Positions 57,353 to 64,000 of a stretch of DNA of 64,000 bases are shown here, piece by piece. The translations under genes were made by a program, and so were the position numbers. How positions within the stretch are numbered: the stretch's first letter is position 1; each line of letters opens with the position of its first letter. The stretch comes from an uncultured Bacteroidales bacterium (lineage in GTDB: Bacteria > Bacteroidota > Bacteroidia > Bacteroidales > GCA-2748055): the NCBI GenBank assembly GCA_963779845.1, contig CAVZZV010000002.1, positions 53,140-117,139 on the forward strand, written 5' to 3'. Under the pieces are notes generated by a model. It made no database searches. It saw only the letters and a list, made by a program, of their open reading frames with translations, and had not been told where the DNA came from.

Positions 57353-57620
57353 CCAGATAAAGGTAGCAGTTGCATTGCTGTGGCTTTGGTCAATGCTTCG
57401 TGTTTATTACATTTTTCTTTTAACTGAATAAACTCTATGGTGTCGCCATTGGCTTTGCAACCAAAGCAGTTAAAGGTGTTTGTTTCGGGTATATTTTTAG
57501 GCTCGGCTCTTTTTCTTCATGGAAAGGGCATTTGAGCATGTGGTTTCGGTTGGCTTGTAGTCCGTAGTGGTTTAGTACTGTTTCAATGCTTAAACGCTGC
57601 TTTATTTCTTGGATTTCCAT
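57353..57620 (-). pseudogene. CHC2 zinc-finger DNA primase N-terminal remnant (frameshifted, truncated by IS3)
   Basis: MEIQEIKQRLSIETVLNHYGLQANRNHMLKCPFHEEKEPSLKIYP is followed, after a 1-nt shift, by ETNTFNCFGCKANGDTIEFIQL.... The frame runs into the IS3 right end. Confidence 0.7.
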
Positions 57621-57728
57621 TGTTTAATTTTTTTGAAAATTTCAACCTTAATCTATAAGTGACAAATTTAACGAATAAATAAAATAAAATGCAAATTTTT
57701 AGGTTTTGTTTTTCATCTTTAAATGAAG

Positions 57729-57736
57729 TATTTTTG
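57729..57736 (+). promoter_or_regulatory. -7 promoter box of three-gene module 2
   Basis: TATTTTTG lies within GTATTTTTGTAAAAACATTG, 43 nt upstream of the ATG at 57779. Confidence 0.55.
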
Positions 57737-57778
57737 TAAAAACATTGATTTTTATAGCATTTTAATAACTTATCAGTT

Positions 57779-58120
57779 ATGAAAATAGGAGATAAAATAA
57801 GTAGCTTGCGCAAGCAAAAAGGATTGAACCGAGATGAACTCGGTAAAATCGTGGGAACTTCTGGTGCAGTAATTGGAAGATATGAAAGAGACGAGATTAC
57901 TCCATCGGTTGAAATTGCAAGAAAAATGGCTGATGCATTGGAAGTTTCTTTGGACTATCTGACTGGTAGCACCAATTTTGTGATACAGGATAAAAAAATG
58001 CTTTACCGCTTGGAGCTTTTACAAAAAATAGCACAACCGGAAAGGGACAGGATTCTTTTAGTTATGGATTCTTTATTAAGAGATGCACAGATTAATTTAA
58101 TACAACAAAAACTGGCTTAA
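57779..58120 (+). CDS. XRE-family helix-turn-helix transcriptional regulator (module 2)
   Basis: MKIGDKISSLRKQKGLNRDELGKIVGTSGAVIGRYERDEITPSVEIARKMADALEVSLDYLTG. Confidence 0.85.
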   Translation: MKIGDKISSLRKQKGLNRDELGKIVGTSGAVIGRYERDEITPSVEIARKMADALEVSLDYLTGSTNFVIQDKKMLYRLELLQKIAQPERDRILLVMDSLLRDAQINLIQQKLA

Positions 58121-58122
58121 TT

Positions 58123-58356
58123 ATGAACTTACAGTATATTTCAGACAACAGGGGGAAAACAACTGGTGTGTTTATTCCGATACAAGAATGGGAAGGACTT
58201 AAATCTAAATTCAAAGGCTTAGAAGAAGTGGAACTCGGCGAACAATCGAAAGAAGAGATTTTGCAAGGCTTACAACAGGCTGTTGAAGAAATGAACCTTG
58301 TAAAACAAGGCAAATTAAAAGCCCGTGACGCTAAAGACTTGTTAAATGAGTTATAG
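58123..58356 (+). CDS. Small protein, putative antitoxin (module 2)
   Basis: 77 aa. It lies 2 nt after the XRE stop and overlaps the toxin start by 11 nt. The C-terminus ...VKQGKLKARDAKDLLNEL parallels module 1. Confidence 0.55.
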   Translation: MNLQYISDNRGKTTGVFIPIQEWEGLKSKFKGLEEVELGEQSKEEILQGLQQAVEEMNLVKQGKLKARDAKDLLNEL

Positions 58357-58673
58357 AGTTAAAACTATCCCATATTTTGACAGGCAAGCCAAACGGCTTA
58401 CCCGTAAATTCAAGTCTTTTAAAACGGAACTTTCAGAACTGTTCGATTCCTTAGAGGTTGACCCAACGCAAGGCACTGCACTTAGGCAATGACTGTTATA
58501 AAATCCGTGTTGCCATAAAATCCAAAGGTAAAGGCAAGTCTGGCGGTGCAAGAGCAATTACCCATGTAATTGCTGTTCGTGAACATGTTTATTTGCTGAC
58601 CGTTTTTGATAAGTCCGAAAAAGACAATATTTCCGATAAAGAACTTCAGGAACTCTTGAAAATGATTGAATAA
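58346..58673 (+). pseudogene. RelE/ParE-superfamily toxin (module 2) inactivated by a 1-nt insertion
   Basis: MSYRVKTIPYFDRQAKRLTRKFKSFKTELSELFDSLEVDPTQGTALRQ* is followed, in the +1 frame, by GNDCYKIRVAIKSKGKGKSGGARAITHV.... Module 1 has CTTGGC where this copy has CTTAGGC. Confidence 0.8.
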
Positions 58674-58675
58674 AA

Positions 58676-58703
58676 AAGCCCGGATGATGAACCGGGCTTT
58701 TCC
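58676..58703 (+). terminator. Rho-independent terminator after module 2
   Basis: AAGCCCGG, loop ATGATGAA, then CCGGGCTT followed by TTCC. It lies 3 nt after the stop. Confidence 0.7.
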
Positions 58704-58768
58704 TTTATATCATACAAAATAATCGTTTCCTTTTCTCAAACAAAACTCCTCGCATTTGCTTTAAAGAC

Positions 58769-59050
58769 TTATCTATTCTTGGCGCAAGCAAACAGGTTAA
58801 TATTAATTCTTCGCCTGTTTTGAGTTTTACTACTGCATAGTAAAAACCCTCTATAGCCAACATAATGAAAATTGCTGTTTTTATAAAGTGCAGGCGACAA
58901 ATAAATGATTACCTTTTCAATTTCATCATTCTTGTAAATCGTTTCTTCTCCACCTTTACGCCTGTTTAATTCAGTATTTCGAACCTCGTATTCTTCGCCT
59001 TTATTTTTAGCTAAATATGTTAAATGTAGATATAGTGAAGCTGGAAGCAT
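58769..59050 (-). CDS. Hypothetical protein
   Basis: 93-aa ORF with no motifs. It lies downstream of the Rhs toxin remnant, so it is a possible orphan immunity gene. Confidence 0.25.
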   Translation of the reverse strand: MLPASLYLHLTYLAKNKGEEYEVRNTELNRRKGGEETIYKNDEIEKVIIYLSPALYKNSNFHYVGYRGFLLCSSKTQNRRRININLFACAKNR

Positions 59051-59854
59051 CTAATAGCAAAACTATTCCAAAAACACTTGAACAATTATTTATCAAAACT
59101 AAGAAAATACAAGACATTAATCACCTACCATTCATAAGAATGAACTAGGTAAATGTAAAGGTCAAAAAATTTCTAATGATTAATCTGATAACATTCTATC
59201 TGCCTGATACCACCTATTTCTTATAGCATTTTCAAAGTTAAATCTGATATGAAATCATTTCCTAAAGGAAACAACAAATTATCGTACATATATTCTAAGC
59301 CTGCCGAAATTCTCCAACGGCAGCTCCTGCAACTGCTCCATAAGGACCTCCAATAGCTGCACCTGTGCCAATAGACAGCAAGAAGTGACTCCTAATTCGA
59401 TAGCCACATCGTCCAATTGCTAATTTCGCCACTTACGATAGGCATTGATCATAAAATAACCCTATGCATAAAGGAGTCCAATGCAGGTTCCAAGTCCTAC
59501 CACCAAAGTTTTAAAAGCAACATAAAGACCTACTATAAGTTGAGCTGAACTGTGCCGTATGTTTCCTATCTTATTGCACTATTCGGCCAAACATTCGATA
59601 TTCCAATTACCAATTTGAGTTAAACCAATTGCTCCGGATACATAGTTTGCCGCACTTCCGACCTCATTTAGTGCCATAGGTGGACGCCAATCACCTCCCC
59701 CGCTATTTGCGGCATAGAAACCTAGAAAAACTATCCCCAAAAAAACTCGATATTTTTCTTGAATAAGAATTATTAGACTCCCTAATATGACGATAGTCCC
59801 TTTGCCATTTATCATGCATTAGTGGTTTTTCCAGTCCTTAGGCTCAAGCTTATG

Positions 59855-60890
59855 TCAATTACGCCTCAGGTAATTACATGTTATTTGTTCGTTTGACCAA
59901 GTATTTACGAATCCATGTTCAGGATTTACGTAATAATATTGATTTGGCATTGCAACTGCATAGATGCAGGAAACTTCGTATGCCATAACCATCCCGGTAT
60001 CCGGTCGATGAACTTTCAGAATAGGCATAACCGGCCCCGCTGCCAGTCCCGCCCCTACCGTCAGCGTGGTCATTTTGAGAAATAATATATTGTTGCAGCT
60101 CTTACCCAATCGGTGAAATCTACATAGTATCTTTTTCCAAACCTGTCATGCGTCCCAAATACATATCCGGAGGAATTCGTATACAAAAGCGGGTTGTTCA
60201 AACAGTATGAATAACGGTTATAGCTCTGCGTGTTCGCCGGATCCGCGATCACTATGTCGGCACTGAGGAAGCGGGCCACCAGGGGATCGAATATGCTGCC
60301 ATTATTTTTATCAGGCCAAAGTAATCGAGGTGTTCATGGCCTGTATAGCCCCTGTCAAATTTTAGTTTCTCCGGTATATCGCTGTAGGTCCAATCCTCCG
60401 GGTTACGCCTTCTGCCCCAGGCATCAAAGCTCATTTCTTCATATACCTCCCCGTCCTCGTCCGTGATCACATCGATGGAGCCCAGGTGATCGGTATGTAT
60501 ATAAAAGATGGCCTGCACATCTTCGGTCTGCATTCCCGTAACATAACCATGAGAAAAGCCCCGGTGGTTCACCAGCCCGTTACCATAGGTATATTGTTCT
60601 ATCTGGCCTCTTGCATTCATTGTATTGGCGCCCCAAATGGACAATTGGTCGGATTCACGTTTTATTTCACCAAGATAACCATTATTATTGTAAATATACT
60701 CCATGGAGAGCTGAGAGGGGAACGTTAACCCGCTTAGCCGCCCGTACTGGTCATATTCAAACGATTCGACGAAGCTTTCCTGCCCGATTGTTTCGGTAAG
60801 GGAATCCAGTCGTGACAGGTTATCATAAGCATACGAGACGGATATACTATCAGGGCCGCTTTTATATAATGCGATTATAAGCTCTTCACA
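59855..60890 (-). pseudogene. Rhs/YD-repeat protein, C-terminal remnant (last repeats, core domain and variable C-terminal tip) with at least 2 frameshifts
   Basis: YAYDNLSRLDSLTE...FEYDQYGRL, YIHTDHLGSIDVITDEDGEVYEEMSFDAWGRRRN, RGYTGHEHLDYFGLI, then (shifted) NNGSIFDPLVARFLSADIVIADPANTQSYNRYSYCLNNPLLYTNSSGY. The N-terminal bulk is missing. Confidence 0.8.
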
Positions 60891-60913
60891 AATGAGTTAT
60901 AAACACCAAATTC

Positions 60914-62278
60914 TTACCCAAACAACACCTTCGGTATCTCCTGTACCTTTGAAACAAAGACAATATCCATGTTGAATCTGGAAAAGTCGAGTCCTTTCTG
61001 ACTGTATTTAGGGACAATCATGCGATCAAATCCCAGTTTCATGGCTTCGGAAATTCGCTGATCCAGCCGGTTTACAGGACGAATTTCGCCGGAAAGGCCG
61101 ACCTCCCCGGCCAGGCAGGTTTTATTGGCTATAGCAATATCTACTGTCGAGGAAAGGAGGGAGGCGATAACGGCCAGATCCGTGGCCGGATCGTCAATCC
61201 TGATCCCGCCCGCGATGTTCAGAAAAACATCTTTCGCGATCAGTTTAAAATTGGCTCGTTTTTCAAGGACCGCCAGGAGCATGTTGAGTCTCCTCATATC
61301 GAATCCGGTGGCGGATCGCTGAGGCGTAGGGTATGCCGAACTGCTAACCAGTGCCTGAATTTCGACCAGGATGGGCCGTATGCCTTCCAGGGTGGCGGAT
61401 ACTGCGACCCCGCTCAGATTGTCGGGATTCTGACTTATTAATATTTCTGAAGGGTTGGCTATTTCCCGCAGTCCCGTACCCTGCATTTCATAAACTCCGA
61501 TTTCGCTGGTCGAGCCAAAACGGTTTTTCACTGCCCGTAAAATCCGGTAAAGATGATGTTGGTCCCCTTCAAATTGAAGAACTGTATCCACAATGTGCTC
61601 AAGGACCTTAGGTCCCGCCAGGGAACCGTCTTTGGTGATATGTCCTATAATAATTACCGGAGTATGGGTCTGTTTTGAAAATTTCAGCAATTGTGCAGCA
61701 CATTCCCGTACCTGGGAAACACTTCCCGGAGAAGATTCTACATATTGGGAATGAATCGTTTGCACAGAATCAATAATCAGGAGCCCTGGTTTTTCTGCAT
61801 TGGATATGCTAAGAATGTTTTCAAGGTTGGTCTCGGTATGGATGAGGCACTCACTCTCTTTAAGAGAGCCGGTCCTTTCCGCCCTTAGACGTATTTGTTG
61901 TGCACTCTCCTCACCTGAAATATAGAGCGTTTTTAATTGATTGAGCTTAAGGGCGATCTGCAGAACCAGGGTGGATTTTCCGATTCCGGGTTCCCCTCCA
62001 ATCAGTACCAGCGAACCCGGTACGATGCCGCCACCAAGAACCCGGTTGAATTCATGGTTGAGGGTATCAATCCTGGTAAAATGCTGAAGATCGATATCCC
62101 GAAGCAAAGCGGGCTTGGACTTTTCCCCACTCTCCGTGCTAAAAATACTTTCTTTCCCGGTGGAAATAATTTCCTCCACATAGGTATTCCATTGGTTGCA
62201 GGAGGGGCACCGGCCAATCCACTTTGCAGAATCGGCGCCACAATTCTGACAAACATATACGGTTTTTTTCTTTGCCAT
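60914..62278 (-). CDS. radA: DNA repair protein RadA/Sms
   Basis: 454 aa with the zinc finger CQNCGADSAKWIGRCPSCNQWNT, Walker A GGEPGIGKST, the KNRFG motif and a Lon-like C-terminus. Confidence 0.95.
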   Translation of the reverse strand: MAKKKTVYVCQNCGADSAKWIGRCPSCNQWNTYVEEIISTGKESIFSTESGEKSKPALLRDIDLQHFTRIDTLNHEFNRVLGGGIVPGSLVLIGGEPGIGKSTLVLQIALKLNQLKTLYISGEESAQQIRLRAERTGSLKESECLIHTETNLENILSISNAEKPGLLIIDSVQTIHSQYVESSPGSVSQVRECAAQLLKFSKQTHTPVIIIGHITKDGSLAGPKVLEHIVDTVLQFEGDQHHLYRILRAVKNRFGSTSEIGVYEMQGTGLREIANPSEILISQNPDNLSGVAVSATLEGIRPILVEIQALVSSSAYPTPQRSATGFDMRRLNMLLAVLEKRANFKLIAKDVFLNIAGGIRIDDPATDLAVIASLLSSTVDIAIANKTCLAGEVGLSGEIRPVNRLDQRISEAMKLGFDRMIVPKYSQKGLDFSRFNMDIVFVSKVQEIPKVLFG

Positions 62279-62353
62279 GATTTTCGTTTAGGACACTTCC
62301 AATGAAAAGTCTAAGCTAGGGAACCCTCCTTGTTTTTCAAAAGGTAATGCCCG

Positions 62354-62845
62354 CTAATATTTTTTTATTTTCCGGACGATCGCAGAGGTGGAATAGCCTG
62401 GAAGGAATTCGACGGTGACTACTTTTCCTCCATTTCCGGTTACAATATCGTACCCCACAATATCTTTCACAGGATAGTCTGAACCTTTTACCAGAACATC
62501 GGGGACCAGGGATTTTATAAGCTCATAGGGAGTTTCCTCGTCAAACAGCACCACGGCATCCACAAACTGAAGCGATGCAAGGACCATAGCCCGCGAATCT
62601 TCGTCCTGAAGGGGTCGGCCCTCACCTTTGAGCAATTGGACAGAACGATCGGTATTGAGTCCGACCACGAAAAAATCGCCCAGTTCTGAGGCCTCAGCCA
62701 GATAGGAAATATGTCCTTTATGAAGGATATCGAAGCAACCGTTCGTGAAGACAATGGATTTACCCCGGTTTCTGCAGGACTGTTTAAGTTCAGGTACCTC
62801 TTCAATGGGAATTAACCGGGACCGTATGTCGGAAATGGCCGTCAT
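62354..62845 (-). CDS. rfaE: Cytidylyltransferase-fold adenylyltransferase (RfaE domain II-like, D-beta-D-heptose 1-phosphate adenylyltransferase)
   Basis: 163 aa with VFTNGCFDILHKGHISYL (the HxGH motif). Confidence 0.7.
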   Translation of the reverse strand: MTAISDIRSRLIPIEEVPELKQSCRNRGKSIVFTNGCFDILHKGHISYLAEASELGDFFVVGLNTDRSVQLLKGEGRPLQDEDSRAMVLASLQFVDAVVLFDEETPYELIKSLVPDVLVKGSDYPVKDIVGYDIVTGNGGKVVTVEFLPGYSTSAIVRKIKKY

Positions 62846-63903
62846 GTCGTGATCTCCGGAACAGCTTTTCGGTCAAAATGTAGCTTACTCCCATCCGCTT
62901 TCCCCTTTTTTTTTCGGAATAACAGGAAGAAAGAAAGGATCCCCAGGCTAATGGCAAGCAGGGCCTGCGATTCATGAGAAATAGTGGCAAAAACAAGTCC
63001 CTCTTCCACATTGATTCCTGGATACACCGTGGCCAGTCCGCGGGAAACGATCCAGTGAAAAGCCCCAATTCCGCTTTGTACCGGAGCAGACATCCCTAAT
63101 CCGCCAATAGCAAGTATAAACAGGCCATCAATCATCCCAAGATCTGAGGTAGCAGGAATGGCAAAGACTACCACCCAGGTCATCATCCAATAATTCAGCC
63201 AGATAAAAACCGAGTGGAAGATAAATAACCCGCGCCGCTTCATCTTATAAACCGTTTTCAAACCTTCCACGATCCCGCGTAATAGTTCCTTTGTCTTACT
63301 TACCAATTTCATTTCGGAAAGCCGCTGGCGGAAAATGAAATACGAGCCAACGAAAATTCCGGAGATAACTGCCACTATGGTCCAGATAAACCAGGAAAAG
63401 CTAAGGCTGTTGGAAATTTTATCCCCCAAGGGGATAAATACACTCTCCCGGAAGAAATTTCCAAAAGTCTGAAAGCGGAAAATGATTAACAGGATCAATA
63501 TGATAAAAAGGGTGATCAGATCCACCGCCCTTTCAACAATTACGGTACCTATTAACCTCTCCACCGGAATTTTTTCCTTTCTGGCGAGGGTTGCACAGCG
63601 GGTGATCTCCCCAATTCTGGGGAAGGCAAAGTTCGCCAGATAACCCACCATCATGGAATAAAAGGTATTGGCAAATGAAGGTTTATAATTCAGTGGCTCA
63701 ATGATCAGTTTCCACCTCGCTGCTCTTGAAAAATAGGCCAACATGGCGAAAAAGAGGGAGAGAAAGACCCAGCTGTATTGTGCTCGTTTAAGATCTGCCG
63801 CGAGGCTTTCAAAACTAATTCCTTTGAAGGCAAAATAAAGTAATAGTATTCCCAGGACAAGAAACCCCAGAAATTTAAGTATTTTTATGATGGGTGCTTT
63901 CAA
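62842..63903 (-). CDS. Polytopic membrane protein, UPF0104 / lysylphosphatidylglycerol-synthase-TM-region-like (flippase-like)
   Basis: 353 aa with about 8 hydrophobic helices. Its stop overlaps the rfaE-like start (ATGA). Confidence 0.55.
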   Translation of the reverse strand: MKAPIIKILKFLGFLVLGILLLYFAFKGISFESLAADLKRAQYSWVFLSLFFAMLAYFSRAARWKLIIEPLNYKPSFANTFYSMMVGYLANFAFPRIGEITRCATLARKEKIPVERLIGTVIVERAVDLITLFIILILLIIFRFQTFGNFFRESVFIPLGDKISNSLSFSWFIWTIVAVISGIFVGSYFIFRQRLSEMKLVSKTKELLRGIVEGLKTVYKMKRRGLFIFHSVFIWLNYWMMTWVVVFAIPATSDLGMIDGLFILAIGGLGMSAPVQSGIGAFHWIVSRGLATVYPGINVEEGLVFATISHESQALLAISLGILSFFLLFRKKKGKADGSKLHFDRKAVPEITT

Positions 63904-63914
63904 GGTTTCCTGAA

Positions 63915-64000
63915 CTATACTAGTTTATTGGTTTCGGTATCGGGAAATATTATACTGGGTTTGAATTTCCTGGCTTCTTCAAAATCCATGGAGCCATAGG
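63915..64000 (-). CDS. panD: Aspartate 1-decarboxylase, 3' end only (the gene runs off the window)
   Basis: The minus frame reads YGSMDFEEARKFKPSIIFPDTETNKLV*, which is typical of the PanD C-terminus. Confidence 0.6.
   Translation of the reverse strand, partial: YGSMDFEEARKFKPSIIFPDTETNKLV

Larger units (their letters stand above)
56125..57367 (-). mobile_element. IS3-family insertion sequence (orfA/orfB with -1 frameshift site), apparently intact
   Basis: The imperfect terminal inverted repeats are TCCGGACATTTTATTAAGC (56135-56153) and GCTTAACTTAATGTCCAGA (57339-57357). The outer boundaries are approximate. Confidence 0.8.

Overview
This is a Bacteroidota chromosomal segment. The evidence is a SusC/FecR/ECF-sigma front end, the PorP-GldK-GldL-GldM-GldN type IX secretion/gliding core, and TAnnTTTG -7 promoter boxes. 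Layout: (i) 1-22.3 kb is a pectin/galactoside-type polysaccharide-utilisation region. It holds SusC, an SGNH-like esterase, a Tat Gfo/Idh/MocA oxidoreductase, a GH2-like protein, GH28, a DUF4838-like protein, a clan GH-D alpha-galactosidase-like protein and a GH105/88 remnant. It is heavily interrupted by frameshifts and by IS256, IS1380-like, IS21 and other transposase remnants, and it is bounded by a tRNA 3'-half remnant (8.3 kb) and an intact tRNA-CAU (22.5 kb). (ii) 22.7-29 kb holds a TolC remnant plus three co-directional large uncharacterised envelope proteins. (iii) 29-52 kb is core genome: ung, a two-subunit molybdoenzyme with MocA/XdhC maturation genes, mlaFE, manC, gldNMLK-porP, an arginase-family gene, topA, PBP1A and a double ABC ATPase. 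(iv) 52-60.9 kb is a decayed mobile island. It holds two paralogous XRE/small-protein/RelE-like three-gene modules, an ORF6N remnant, an integrase remnant, a tail-fibre S74 remnant, an IS3 element with an intact A7G slippery site, a CHC2 primase remnant and an Rhs C-terminal remnant. (v) 60.9-64 kb holds radA, an rfaE2-like gene, a UPF0104-type membrane protein and the panD 3' end. The most interesting unexplained signals are: a 28-nt box (27/28 identical) plus sequence-variable hairpins in front of both gldK and gldN; the three-gene envelope cluster, whose outer-membrane member has a PorP/SprF-like N-terminal motif; the duplicated tripartite toxin-antitoxin-like modules that share a promoter box; and the unusually high density of broken genes. 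No CRISPR array, rRNA or recognisable riboswitch was seen. All family assignments come from motif recognition by eye, because no database search was possible.
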